DNA of 63,851 bases, the filler included. It is 6 parts of 6 records of this genome, joined end to end, with 100 filler letters (N's around TTAATTAATTAA, not from the genome) between each part and the next. Parts side by side here need not be neighbours in the genome. Positions count along the whole stretch, not along the records: positions 49,058 to 54,550 come from SRR20825010_4662; positions 54,651 to 59,851 come from SRR20825010_4666; 4 more parts are not named here. One strand, given 5' to 3'. The notes beneath the pieces were generated by a model. That model saw only the letters and a list, made by a program, of their open reading frames with translations, had not been told where the DNA came from and did not search any database. Both the position numbers and the translations under genes were made by a program. How positions within the stretch are numbered: the first letter of the stretch is position 1; each line of letters opens with the position of its first letter. Positions 49,353 through 59,369 of the stretch are shown one piece after another.

Positions 49353-49735
49353 CTTGGGCGGGGGCAAAGCACATTCTGCTTGGCCCTCACTCGCTCCGCG
49401 CCAGGAAACACATGATCCTGGCAGGATCGGCAGGCTTCATTGTGTTCTTCGGAATGTGTCTCGGGCTTGAATATGCCTTCGGCGTCCGATCAGAATTGAT
49501 TGCGTCCATGTGCATTTTGTCCATTGGGTACGCAATTTGGATCCTGATGTTTCGGATTCTTGTGCCGGTATTCACGATGCATGAAATTCGCGCCGGACGC
49601 ATTCCCATGCTCGAGCCAAGATATGTTAAAGATTTCGATACGCGACTTAGCCGTTGGTATTTGTTCTTACCTCAGGACGGCGATTTTGTTGAGGTTCTCA
49701 AAGCCCGTCTTGAACAGAAGCAATCGGGCGAGTAA
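49349..49735 (+). CDS. hypothetical two-TM membrane protein
   Basis: GTG start overlaps the dapA stop (GTGA); two hydrophobic helices; visibly more AT-rich than its neighbours. Confidence 0.6.
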   Translation: MTWAGAKHILLGPHSLRARKHMILAGSAGFIVFFGMCLGLEYAFGVRSELIASMCILSIGYAIWILMFRILVPVFTMHEIRAGRIPMLEPRYVKDFDTRLSRWYLFLPQDGDFVEVLKARLEQKQSGE

Positions 49736-49756
49736 GAAACCCGCCACGATTGACTA

Positions 49757-51076
49757 TTACTGCCCCACCGTCGCCTCCAGCCCCTCTGGCTGACCCACGA
49801 CCACAAACAGCAGTTCTTCGGGTTTCAGCAATTCGCCCGCCACCCGCTCTACATCCTCCAGAGTGACCGCCTCGATCTTGGCGTTGCGGGTGGTGATGTA
49901 GTCGGGCGTCAGATCGTCCATCTGCATCCCCACAAGGATCTGGGCGATGGGTGCATTGCCGTCAAAGCGCAGCGGATAGGAGCCGGTCAGATAGGTCTTG
50001 GCGCGGTCCAACTCCTCTGGTGTGACGCCATCAGAGGCCATCTTGGCCCACTCATCGCGGATCACCTCAACCGCCTCACCGATGCGGTCATTGGCCGATG
50101 CGACACGGCCAAGGAACAATTCCGCATGTTCGCGCGGCGCGAGGTAGGAATAGATGCCATAGGTCAGGCCGCGCTTTTCACGCACCTCGTGCATCAGCCG
50201 CGCCTCAAACCCGCCGCCGCCAAAGATCGTGTTCATCACATAGGCGGCGAAAAAATCCGGGTCATCGCGTTTCATGCCCTTGTGGCCGAACATGGCGACC
50301 GATTGCGGCGTGTCAAAGGGCACCACAGTCACGCCCGCGGTGGTCTGGACGTCCACATCCGCAGGCTGCGGCGCGCCGGTTTCCGGCAGATCGGCAAACA
50401 GCTTGTCCAGTAGCGCGCCAAGGTCTTCGGCGCTGATGTCCCCTGCCGCGCCGACATAGATGCGGTCCCGCGCAAGGGCATTGCGGTGGGCGGTGACAAT
50501 GTCGTCACGGGTCAACGCGGTGACGCTGTCGATGGTGCCATTTTCCGACGATCCATAGGGGTGGTCGCCAAAGATCGCGCCGTAGAACGCCTTGCCCACG
50601 ATCTCATCCGGGTCGGTCTCATCCGAGCGCAGACCGGACAGCACCTGTTCGCGCACCCGTTCGATGGCGACCTCGTCAAAACTGGGTGCCACCAGAGAGG
50701 CGCGCAGCAGGTCGACCGCCTCATCCTGCGTTTCGGTCAGGAACTTGGCCGACACGCGCACCGTGTCATCGCTTGCGTCATAGCTGAACCGCGCGGCAAT
50801 CCCATCGCGGGCCTCGGCAAAGGCGCGGGCGTCCATGCCCTCCGCGCCCTCCTCCAGCAGACCAACCATGAGGTTTGTCGCCCCGCGTTTACCCGGTTCG
50901 TCCAGTGAGGCCCCGCCCAGAAAGCGGATTTCCAGCGCCACAAACGGGATCGAGGGTTCCTCGACCAGCCAAGCGTTGATTCCGCCGGGGCTGGTGACTT
51001 GTTGGATGTCGATTTCGGCATGGGCGGCGAACCCGCCGCAGATCAGGCCGACGGCCAATACGAAACGGCGGATCAT
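49757..51076 (-). CDS. M16B peptidase, non-catalytic subunit
   Basis: Signal peptide; EVREKRGLTYG with the R/Y pair; lacks HXXEH. Confidence 0.9.
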   Translation of the reverse strand: MIRRFVLAVGLICGGFAAHAEIDIQQVTSPGGINAWLVEEPSIPFVALEIRFLGGASLDEPGKRGATNLMVGLLEEGAEGMDARAFAEARDGIAARFSYDASDDTVRVSAKFLTETQDEAVDLLRASLVAPSFDEVAIERVREQVLSGLRSDETDPDEIVGKAFYGAIFGDHPYGSSENGTIDSVTALTRDDIVTAHRNALARDRIYVGAAGDISAEDLGALLDKLFADLPETGAPQPADVDVQTTAGVTVVPFDTPQSVAMFGHKGMKRDDPDFFAAYVMNTIFGGGGFEARLMHEVREKRGLTYGIYSYLAPREHAELFLGRVASANDRIGEAVEVIRDEWAKMASDGVTPEELDRAKTYLTGSYPLRFDGNAPIAQILVGMQMDDLTPDYITTRNAKIEAVTLEDVERVAGELLKPEELLFVVVGQPEGLEATVGQ

Positions 51077-52437
51077 TGGGTCACCTCCTGCGGGCGAGTT
51101 GGTTCTTTCGGGCCCATCAGGTATCCGGTCACCGATTGGCGGCGGTCAAAGACCTTTTTGGCGGCGGCGATGATGTCATCCCCTGTCACCGCTTGCAGCA
51201 CCTCGGGCCAGTCCTGCACGTCCTGTACCGTCAACCCGGTGGTCAGCGCGTTGCCATAGCGGCGTGCAATGCTGTTGGGATTGTCCAGCGCATAGATGTG
51301 CGAGGCCTTGATCTGGAACTTGATCCGCTCCAGCTGATCGGCGTCGACGCCGGTTTCGATCAGTTCGGCCAGTACCGCGTCCAGCGCGGCCTCTCCTTCT
51401 TCAAGGCTGACGCCCGGGGTCGGAACCATGACAAGGGTAAAGTTGGACACATCCATGCTGGTGTCGTCATAGTAGGCGTCCGTGTAGACGGCCTTGCGGC
51501 TGTCAAATTGCAGCTTTTGCGTCAGCACAGAGGTCTGTCCCCCCGCCAAAACCTGCGCCAGCATCGACAAGGCGGCGGCCTCTTCCTGCGCGCCACTGGT
51601 GCGGGCGGGCGCGATGTAGCTGCGGGTCAGATAGGGCTGCGAAACACGCGGATCATGAAAGGTCATGCGGCGTTCGGACAGGTGGGTCGGCTCTGTCGGG
51701 CGGGCGCGCGGTTGCAGATCCGGGTTCGGCGGGATCGGAGCATAGTGTTCTTCGGCCAGTGCACGCACCTCATCCGGGGTGACATCGCCTGCAACGATCA
51801 GGATGGCGTTGTTGGGGGCGTAGAACTCGCCGTAGTAGGCCAGCGCATCGTCCAGATCCAATTGTTCCATCTCATGGCGCCAGCCGATGATCGGCGTGCC
51901 ATAGGGGTGGTTCAGGTAAAGCGCCGCATCCTTTTGTTCGCGAAACAGCGCGCCAGGGCTGTTTTCGACCCGCTGGTTGCGTTCCTCGATGATGACCTCG
52001 CGTTCTGTCAGGATGTCGGCCTCTGACAGGCGGAGGTTGACCATGCGGTCTGCCTCCATCTTCATCATCAGTCCAAGACGATCAGCGGCGACGCGTTGGT
52101 GATAGGCGGTGGTGTCATAGCTGGTGAAGGCGTTGTCAGAACCACCATTGGCCGCCACTGTGGCGCTGAATTCACCCGGCTCCAGCGTATCGGTGCCCTT
52201 GAACAGCAGGTGTTCCAGAAAATGCGCCACGCCCGAGACGCCGGGCTGTTCATCTGCCGATCCGGCGCGATACCAGACCATGTGCACAACGACAGGGGCG
52301 CGGTGATCCTCGATCACCACCACGTCCATCCCGTTGTCGAGGCCGAAGGTGGTCACCTTGCCCGCCTCCTGCGCGGAGGCAGAGAAACTCGACGCGCAAG
52401 ACACGGCGAAAGCGAATAACAGGGTCAGGGGGCGCAT
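51073..52437 (-). CDS. M16B zinc peptidase, catalytic subunit
   Basis: Inverted zinc motif HFLEH, NAFTS and EREVIIEER; ATGA overlap with its partner. Confidence 0.92.
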   Translation of the reverse strand: MRPLTLLFAFAVSCASSFSASAQEAGKVTTFGLDNGMDVVVIEDHRAPVVVHMVWYRAGSADEQPGVSGVAHFLEHLLFKGTDTLEPGEFSATVAANGGSDNAFTSYDTTAYHQRVAADRLGLMMKMEADRMVNLRLSEADILTEREVIIEERNQRVENSPGALFREQKDAALYLNHPYGTPIIGWRHEMEQLDLDDALAYYGEFYAPNNAILIVAGDVTPDEVRALAEEHYAPIPPNPDLQPRARPTEPTHLSERRMTFHDPRVSQPYLTRSYIAPARTSGAQEEAAALSMLAQVLAGGQTSVLTQKLQFDSRKAVYTDAYYDDTSMDVSNFTLVMVPTPGVSLEEGEAALDAVLAELIETGVDADQLERIKFQIKASHIYALDNPNSIARRYGNALTTGLTVQDVQDWPEVLQAVTGDDIIAAAKKVFDRRQSVTGYLMGPKEPTRPQEVTQ

Positions 52438-52548
52438 GCAGCATCCTCATGTTGTTCGGATGCTGCATTAAGTACGCGGGTCTCGCCCGACTTCAACCCG
52501 CCGTGACACTGTGTGACGCGGACGTGACCGGGCGTGGGGCCGCCGGAG

Positions 52549-53070
52549 TTATTGCGGCGGCGGTGTCGGCGTCTTTGCGCCAGCGCGGCGATAGATATTC
52601 AGCCAGCGATAGGCGTCCAGCGTTTCACGCTTATACGCGTTGACATAGTCGTCCTTCGGCACGATCGACCAGTTGAAGATCGACTTGGAACGGCGGAACT
52701 GCGCGTCGGTTTGCGCCAGTTCCTGACGCACGTTGGGATCGCGGCCAAACCGGCTGGCGCGTTGGATCAACGCGCCATCGCCTGCTGGCACTCCTTCGCC
52801 CCGGGCGACCAGCCGCGCGGGATTGCCCCCCAAAGCGGCGACAGCGTCGGCCTTGGGAGTCAGATCCGTACGATTCGCGGCACCCGGAGTGGGGGGCGGC
52901 AAATCGGAATAGCTTTCAGGTTGCACCAGAGGTTTGTTGGGGACGATGGCAAACTCCTCGGGCTGCGGACTGTTTGTCCGCAGATCGCGCAGGGGTTTGT
53001 CGCGGTCGACAACCGCGCAAGAAGCCAAGCCCGCCAGACCAATGATTGCAACAAGATGCGCCCGCCGCAT
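52549..53070 (-). CDS. DUF3035-like lipoprotein
   Basis: Lipobox LASC; PEEFAIVPNKPL...LPPPTPG..NRTD; usual position between lspA and the M16 pair. ORF can extend to 53085. Confidence 0.75.
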   Translation of the reverse strand: MRRAHLVAIIGLAGLASCAVVDRDKPLRDLRTNSPQPEEFAIVPNKPLVQPESYSDLPPPTPGAANRTDLTPKADAVAALGGNPARLVARGEGVPAGDGALIQRASRFGRDPNVRQELAQTDAQFRRSKSIFNWSIVPKDDYVNAYKRETLDAYRWLNIYRRAGAKTPTPPPQ

Positions 53071-53121
53071 CGCAGTCCTCCACATGAGTTTTGCCAGACT
53101 TAACCCATCTCGCCAGCGGCG

Positions 53122-53616
53122 TCACGGGGCCTTTTTGCCTGAGGGAAACAGGATCAGCCCGAATGCGCCGACAAAGATCGCAATGTCCGCCACGTTGAAC
53201 GCATAAGGGTTGTCGAAGCCACAGCAGGACATGTTGAGAAAATCCGCGACTGCGCCATAGACAACCCGGTCCACCACATTGCCCAACGCACCGCCGATCA
53301 GAAAGCCCGCCGCGATCAGGCCCATCCGCCCCGGCGGATCGCGGCGCATCCAGACCAGCACAAACAGCACGATGCCCAGCGCGACAGAGATCAGGATCCA
53401 GCGCGTTGCGGCGGCATCCCCGGCAAAGAGACCAAAGTTGACGCCATAGTTCCACGCCATGCGAAAGTTGAGGTAGGGCGGCAGCACCTCGATCGACAGA
53501 CGGTTGGCCAGACCCATGCCATGCACGACAAGGTATTTGGACAATTGGTCCAGCACGAAAACAGCCAGCGTCACCCAGAACACCAGTCGCAAGCCACCTG
53601 TCTTTGCCTGTGCCAC
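53122..53616 (-). CDS. lspA: lipoprotein signal peptidase II
   Basis: DQLSK, WNYGVNFG, GGALGNVVDR, VADFLNMSCCG and FNVADIAI. Confidence 0.95.
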   Translation of the reverse strand: MAQAKTGGLRLVFWVTLAVFVLDQLSKYLVVHGMGLANRLSIEVLPPYLNFRMAWNYGVNFGLFAGDAAATRWILISVALGIVLFVLVWMRRDPPGRMGLIAAGFLIGGALGNVVDRVVYGAVADFLNMSCCGFDNPYAFNVADIAIFVGAFGLILFPSGKKAP

Positions 53617-53712
53617 TGCCGTTTCTCCTGCACTGTCCGTTTTGACGCGGCAGACCTAGTGGCCTGCCGCACGCGGCGCAAGCGGCTTTGCCCGCGCCGT
53701 GACTGCCCGTCT

Positions 53713-54550
53713 TTAGTGGCGGAAGTGGCGCATGCCGGTAAAGACCATGGCCAGACCGGCCTCATCGGCAGCGGCGATCACCTCATCGTCACGCATCGAC
53801 CCGCCCGGCTGGATGACGCAGGTCGCGCCAGCGGCGGCGGCCTCCATCAACCCGTCGGGGAAGGGGAAGAACGCGTCCGAGGCCACGGCGGAGCCTTGGG
53901 TCAGCGGCGCCGAGAGGCCCAGCGCCTCTGCCATACGCTCGGCCTTTTTCGCCGCGATCATCGCCGAATCGACCCGGCTCATCTGGCCCGCGCCGACGCC
54001 GACGGTCGCGCCGTCACGGACGTAGACGATGGCGTTGGATTTGACGTGTTTGGCGACCTTCCATGCGAACAGAAGGTCCTTCATCTGCGCCTCAGTCGGG
54101 GCCAGTTTCGTCACCACTTTCAGGTCGTCCAACGACCGTGCACCGTTGTCGCGATCCTGCACCAACAGGCCGCCCGACACCTGTTTCCACGCCACACCCG
54201 CCTGTGCCGGGCTGGCAAGGCCGGGGGCAAGGATCAGGCGCAGGTTCTTTTTCTTGGCAAAGATGTCGCGCGCGTCCTGATGGATTGCGGGGGCGATGAC
54301 GACCTCGGTAAAGATCTCGGCGATGGCCTCTGCCGTTTCGCCGTCCAACGCGCCGTTCAGCGCCACGATGCCGCCAAAGGCCGACGTGCGGTCACAATCG
54401 AATGCCTTTTGATAGGCCTCCTTGATGGTGGCCCCCGTCGCCACACCGCAGGGATTGGCGTGTTTGATGATCGCGCAGGCCGGACCATTGGCGGGCAGAA
54501 ATTCCGACACCAATTCAAACGCCGCGTCGGTGTCGTTGATGTTGTTGTAG
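53713..54550 (-). CDS. purH: bifunctional AICAR transformylase / IMP cyclohydrolase, 5' truncated
   Basis: [35 protein letters not shown] and MRHFRH. Confidence 0.96.
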
Positions 54551-54650
54551 NNNNNNNNNNNNNNNNNNNNNNNNNNNNNNNNNNNNNNNNNNNNTTAATT
54601 AATTAANNNNNNNNNNNNNNNNNNNNNNNNNNNNNNNNNNNNNNNNNNNN
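54551..54650. other. artificial contig linker
   Basis: 44 N + TTAATTAATTAA + 44 N. Confidence 0.99.
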
Positions 54651-54766
54651 AAGCAAAGACAGAAATAAGAAAACGCATGATGGCCCCATGGATGGATAAG
54701 TAAAGCCTTATCCACCTAGCGCGAAAACTAGAATATCACAACAAAAAATTGTTCCAATTAAAGGAT

Positions 54767-55753
54767 CTATTCGTCCTTAAAGAGCGGTAGGGAGGCGATT
54801 TTCTTGCCCGACGGAATTTCCCGCTTCTTGATCCATTCGGCAATATCGCGCCAGACGACGGGGCCTTGCAGATCGCGCATCAGCATATGCCAGCCGTTCT
54901 CATAGAGGACAATATCGCTGCCCGGTGCGAGCTCGGCGGCAATCTTCTCGATCGGTTCCTTCGGGACGAGCTGGTCATTCTCCCCATAGAGCAGCAGGGT
55001 CGGCAGCTTGATATCCTTCGCGGCGTCATAGGCGGCGTCCATGATATTGACGAGACCATAGACGCTGTCGATCCGGGTTTCCTTGATAAAGAGCGGATCG
55101 GCGGAGAGATTGCGCAGCATGGAGATATTGTCGGACGCCCGAATGCCGAGGCCCTGCCCGGTCATCTTGACCTCGGGCACGGTATGCGCCGCCGTCCAGA
55201 GAACCGCCTGATAGAAGGGATTGAGCGCCTGCCAGCCCCAGACAGCCGGGGCCGAGAGGATAATCCCATCCACCTCCGGGAAGTCATCCGAGGTGACTGC
55301 CGTGATCAGGACCGCGCCGCCCATGCTCTCGCCTAACAGATAGATCGGCTTGCCGGGATATGTCGCCCGAGTCTCCTCCACCATGGTGGCAAGATCCTGT
55401 ATCATCAATTCCTGCCCCGGCCAGATGCCGAAATTCGGCGCTTCCCCGAAGCCGCGCTGATCATAGGCGATGGTGGTCAGCCCCTCCCCGATCCACCAGC
55501 TGCCGGGAAAAGCATAGGTGTTGTTGTAGTCGTTGAAACCATGCACGGCGATAATAATGGCGGCGGGCTCCTCTGCGGCCCAGATTTTCACGGGGAGTTT
55601 TTCTCCGTCCCGTGTTTGCAGATAGCGATCCGTCAGTTCGGCGGGCGTTGTTTCGGGACCGGCCTGCTGCACCACCGGAGAGCAGGCGGCGAGAAAAAAC
55701 ATGGCCATCGCCCAGGGTGTGACTTGCCGAAATAGCCTATCGAAATAATTCAT
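54767..55753 (-). CDS. lipoprotein alpha/beta-hydrolase (lysophospholipase-like)
   Basis: Lipobox LAAC; HGFND, DQRGFG, nucleophile GESMG, GENDQLV and WHML. Confidence 0.88.
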   Translation of the reverse strand: MNYFDRLFRQVTPWAMAMFFLAACSPVVQQAGPETTPAELTDRYLQTRDGEKLPVKIWAAEEPAAIIIAVHGFNDYNNTYAFPGSWWIGEGLTTIAYDQRGFGEAPNFGIWPGQELMIQDLATMVEETRATYPGKPIYLLGESMGGAVLITAVTSDDFPEVDGIILSAPAVWGWQALNPFYQAVLWTAAHTVPEVKMTGQGLGIRASDNISMLRNLSADPLFIKETRIDSVYGLVNIMDAAYDAAKDIKLPTLLLYGENDQLVPKEPIEKIAAELAPGSDIVLYENGWHMLMRDLQGPVVWRDIAEWIKKREIPSGKKIASLPLFKDE

Positions 55754-56346
55754 CCGATCAGTTCCTGAACTCTTTTCCTCAAATACGGCACGACATCCGC
55801 CTCAAACCAGTCATTTTTCTTCATCCAGCCCTGCACCCGCCAGCTGGGATGCGGCAGCGGCAGGATATCCGGGCCATAGTCCCGAAATCGGGCTACCGTT
55901 TCTGTCAGGGTTTTCTTACGCGTCGATGACAGATAATATTTATGCGCATATTGCCCGACTGCCAAGGTCAGCCGGATATTTTTTAGCTCCGGGATCAGCT
56001 TCGGATGCCAGCTTTTGGCGCATTCGGGGCGCGGCGGCGCGTCCCCGCCGCTCTTTTGCTTGCCGGGATAACAGAACCCTTGCGGCACGATGGCGAAATT
56101 CTTCGGATTATAGAAAGTATCCTTATCGACGCCGAGCCAGTCGCGCAAGCGATCCCCGGACGGGTCGTCCCAGGGAATGCCGCTCGCATGGACCTTTGTG
56201 CCCGGTGCCTGCCCCGCGATCAGGACCGGCGCGGCTGTATCGGCGACCAGCACCGGCCGGGGGCCGAGCGGTAGATGCGCCTCGCAGATACGGCAGGCGC
56301 GAATTTCAGTGAGGAGAGTTGCCAGCGGATCAGATGTTTCCGTCAT
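55750..56346 (-). CDS. uracil-DNA glycosylase superfamily protein
   Basis: CRIC, GQAPG, PWDDPSGDRLR, FCYPG, PRPEC and LPHPS. Confidence 0.88.
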   Translation of the reverse strand: MTETSDPLATLLTEIRACRICEAHLPLGPRPVLVADTAAPVLIAGQAPGTKVHASGIPWDDPSGDRLRDWLGVDKDTFYNPKNFAIVPQGFCYPGKQKSGGDAPPRPECAKSWHPKLIPELKNIRLTLAVGQYAHKYYLSSTRKKTLTETVARFRDYGPDILPLPHPSWRVQGWMKKNDWFEADVVPYLRKRVQELIG

Positions 56347-56367
56347 CAGGCCCCTTTCCGCCCGCGG

Positions 56368-56646
56368 TCAGTTTCCGGGCTGCATCAGGGCGTTGAGTTC
56401 AGTCATGTGGCGCGAACCGGGTCGGTGCAGGATAATATCGTCCGGCACCGAGCTGTTCCAATCCTGATCTATTTTTTTGGTTATTTTATTGCCTGTTACG
56501 ATGCAAATTTCATGATTTACTTTAAAAATACTTCCGCCCTCATCCTGATCATACCGGGCGGGGCTTGCGAGGCCGATTTTATGGCCCCGCATCGCCAGCC
56601 AGCTGGCCGCCCGCCGTCCTTCAAGGATGAGGAAAGGGTCATTCAC
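56368..56646 (-). CDS. small hypothetical ORF or gene remnant
   Basis: 92-aa ORF; its GTG overlaps the crotonase end; fills the gap to the UDG gene in the same orientation; AT-rich. Confidence 0.3.
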   Translation of the reverse strand: MNDPFLILEGRRAASWLAMRGHKIGLASPARYDQDEGGSIFKVNHEICIVTGNKITKKIDQDWNSSVPDDIILHRPGSRHMTELNALMQPGN

Positions 56647-57439
56647 CTTTGAAATTTCCCGGTCGTTTTTCAAAAAAGGCGGTAATCGCCTCGTCATGGT
56701 CCTTCGCGTGATGGGACAATGCCTGGAAGGCCGCCGACATCTCCAGCAGGCTGTCGAGGCGCATATGCTCGCCCTCGCGCAGCAGTTTCTTCGCCATGCG
56801 CAGCGCATGGGGCGGGTTCGCCGCGATGCGCTTGGCGAGATCCGTCGCCGCCGTCATCAGATCCGCATCCTCGACCACGCTGGAGACAAGGCCCCAGTCA
56901 AGGGCCGTCGGGGCATCGATCATATCACCGGTGAAGGTGAGTTCAGCCGCGCGACTCTTGCCGATCAGGCGCGGCAGGAACCAGGCCCCGCCATCCCCCG
57001 GAATGATGCCGAGCTTGACGAAACTTTCCGCGAAACGCGCGGATTTCCCGGCAATGCGGATATCGCACATGCAGGCAAGGTCGCAGCCCGCGCCGACCGC
57101 CGGGCCATTGACGGCGGCGATGGTTGGTACTTCCAGATCGTAGAAAGAGAGCGGGATCTTCTGAATGCCATGACGGTATCCCTGCCGCAGCTCCGCCGGG
57201 GAGCCCGCGAACAGCCCTTCCTTGTCGCGCATATGCTTGACATTGCCACCGGCGGAGAAGGCCTTGCCCGCCCCCGTCAGGATCACGCAGCGCACGTTGT
57301 TGTCTTTGTTGATCCGGTCCGCCGCATTCAGGAATGCGTCGAAGATGATATCATCGGAGAGGGCATTGCGCTCCTCCGGCCGATTGATCGTGAGGGTTAC
57401 AATTCCCCCATCTTGTTCATATAAAAGAGCTTCAGTCAT
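56639..57439 (-). CDS. enoyl-CoA hydratase / crotonase-family protein
   Basis: NRPEERNAL, FSAGGN, AAVNGPAVGAG, CDIRIA and AFFEKR. Confidence 0.92.
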   Translation of the reverse strand: MTEALLYEQDGGIVTLTINRPEERNALSDDIIFDAFLNAADRINKDNNVRCVILTGAGKAFSAGGNVKHMRDKEGLFAGSPAELRQGYRHGIQKIPLSFYDLEVPTIAAVNGPAVGAGCDLACMCDIRIAGKSARFAESFVKLGIIPGDGGAWFLPRLIGKSRAAELTFTGDMIDAPTALDWGLVSSVVEDADLMTAATDLAKRIAANPPHALRMAKKLLREGEHMRLDSLLEMSAAFQALSHHAKDHDEAITAFFEKRPGNFKGE

Positions 57440-57512
57440 AGCGCCAAGCTACTCAATTGCCTGCGAAATAGAAAGCGGGAATCGCGCAGTTTATCGATTA
57501 TTCCGGTGATGC

Positions 57513-58292
57513 TCAGGCGGTCCGCCCGTAAAATGTCATCTGGGCTTCCCTTGAAAGCGCAATCCCGGGCTCGGTATTATAGGCCAGGACGGCCAGCATC
57601 CGGGTTCGCGATCCCTCGTTCGGGGTCACACGGTGCAGGGAGTTCCGCCCCCGGAAAAGTACGAGGGCGCCGGCATCCATGGAGAGGCCTTTCACCGCCG
57701 TTCGCCCCTCCAGGACATCGGCGACACCCTCAAAATTCATGTCCCCCGCATCGGCATCGCGGAGCGCGCTGACATACTCAAACTCCCCGCCGCTAGTCGT
57801 GGGCTGCACCATCAATGTGATGGCGAAAGAGGAATTATCGAAATGCCAGCCCAGCTCCTCTCCCGTTTCCGCATAATGCAAATTGACCGAGGAGAGCGGA
57901 TCGGCATAGTTATAAAGCTTCTCTTCCCCCAGTATATCGCAGAGAAATTCCCTGAATTCCGGCGCGTCATACAGGATGCGGAGCGGCGAGTCTTCGGGCA
58001 ACATATCATCGGTGATACAGCCCTTGGAGGAGACAACCATGCGGTTGCGCGTATGGTCGGCGGGAAAGGACGGATCGACCGCGCTGAGATAGACCGTATG
58101 TTCCTTCCTGCTGGCATAGACCTTGTCGCGATGGGCCTCCCCCTCCGCCTGTATCGCGTCAATTGCCGCTTTTGTTGCGAATTTCGGCATCACCAGAACG
58201 CCCTGCTCGTCCAGCGCCTCCCGGCAGGCGGCGCGAAAGGCGGGGTCATTGATCGGGTGACGGGTCAAATCCACAATCTCGTTCAGTTTCAT
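57513..58292 (-). CDS. Fe(II)/2-oxoglutarate oxygenase, BesD/HalD-like (HXD, so probably a hydroxylase)
   Basis: LGWHFD...GGEFEY...LFRGRNSLHRVTP...R; ATG at 58292 after GGAGG. Confidence 0.78.
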   Translation of the reverse strand: MKLNEIVDLTRHPINDPAFRAACREALDEQGVLVMPKFATKAAIDAIQAEGEAHRDKVYASRKEHTVYLSAVDPSFPADHTRNRMVVSSKGCITDDMLPEDSPLRILYDAPEFREFLCDILGEEKLYNYADPLSSVNLHYAETGEELGWHFDNSSFAITLMVQPTTSGGEFEYVSALRDADAGDMNFEGVADVLEGRTAVKGLSMDAGALVLFRGRNSLHRVTPNEGSRTRMLAVLAYNTEPGIALSREAQMTFYGRTA

Positions 58293-58478
58293 TTTACCTC
58301 CCTCACAATATCTTTGAAACTCAATCAGCGACGGGCGTTTCGCCGGGGCTTTCCTGTTTTCGACCCTATCAGCATCCATATGCTTGTCACTGGAAAACTT
58401 GACAATAAGCCGGATAGGGAGGATCGTTTATGCAAGAGGGGTTCAACCTCAAAAAAATAAAAACGATCAAGGAACCCA

Positions 58479-59369
58479 ATGTCAGCGCCTTCAACGCCCG
58501 CAGATTCCAGCTTTTCCTACAAGGGAATATTCCTGTTCTGTACCGCTATTTTCTTTTTTGCGGTCATGGACACGACTGTCAAATATGCGAACGAGAGCTA
58601 TCCGCCGGTTCAGGTTGTCTGGGCGCGTTATTTTTTTCATACGGTATTGATGGCGGCCATTTTGCTGCCAAAACACGGCTTGCAGATCATCCGGACGAAC
58701 CGCCTCAAAATGCAGCTTATTCGCTCTATTTTCCTGCTGCTCGCCACCGTTTGCTTCTTCACGGCGGTGAAATATGTCCCGCTCGCCGATGCGGCGGCCC
58801 TTGGGGCCACGGCGCCGCTCTTCGTGATTATCTTTTCCGTCGTGCTTCTTAAAGAGAAGGTCAACGCCCGGAGATGGGCGGCGGTGATCATCGGCTTTGG
58901 CGGGGCGATGATCGTCCTCCGGCCCGGCATGCTCGAAGTGCATCCCGCGCTTTTTCTGGTGATTGGAACGTCGATCTTCTACGCGCTCTATCAAATTGCC
59001 ACACGCTTTCTCTCCGGGATCGACAGTCCGGCGACAACAATTACCTATTCCGCGTTGATCGGCACCATCGGCATGAGTTTTGTTGTTCCTTTCTTCTGGG
59101 TCATGCCGGATTTGAAGGGTTGGCTAATCTTGGGCGTCATCGGGTTTATTGGCGGATTCAGCCATTTCATCATTATCAAGGCGTTTGACTATACGGAGGC
59201 TTCCACCGTTGCGCCATTCCAGTATACGCAGCTCATCTGGATGGCCATTTTCGGTTATATCGTCTTCGGGAATTTCCCGGATAATTTCACGATACTCGGC
59301 GCGGCCATCATCGTCGCCAGCGGGCTTTACATCCTCTATCGGGAACGGCAGGTGAAAACCGGGGCCTAG
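58479..59369 (+). CDS. DMT/EamA-family transporter
   Basis: About ten TM helices; LLKEKV..RRW and APFQYTQL motifs. Confidence 0.9.
   Translation: MSAPSTPADSSFSYKGIFLFCTAIFFFAVMDTTVKYANESYPPVQVVWARYFFHTVLMAAILLPKHGLQIIRTNRLKMQLIRSIFLLLATVCFFTAVKYVPLADAAALGATAPLFVIIFSVVLLKEKVNARRWAAVIIGFGGAMIVLRPGMLEVHPALFLVIGTSIFYALYQIATRFLSGIDSPATTITYSALIGTIGMSFVVPFFWVMPDLKGWLILGVIGFIGGFSHFIIIKAFDYTEASTVAPFQYTQLIWMAIFGYIVFGNFPDNFTILGAAIIVASGLYILYRERQVKTGA

Noticed and set aside
53122..53616. Second lspA suggesting a duplication
   Set aside because: It lies on a different contig from a different organism; each copy is in its normal context.
54651..54678. Minus-strand start MRFLISVFA at the contig edge
   Set aside because: Only nine codons are visible; probably a signal peptide, but no product can be assigned.
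57513..58292. Possible radical halogenase
   Set aside because: It retains the HXD carboxylate, whereas halogenases have HXG or HXA.
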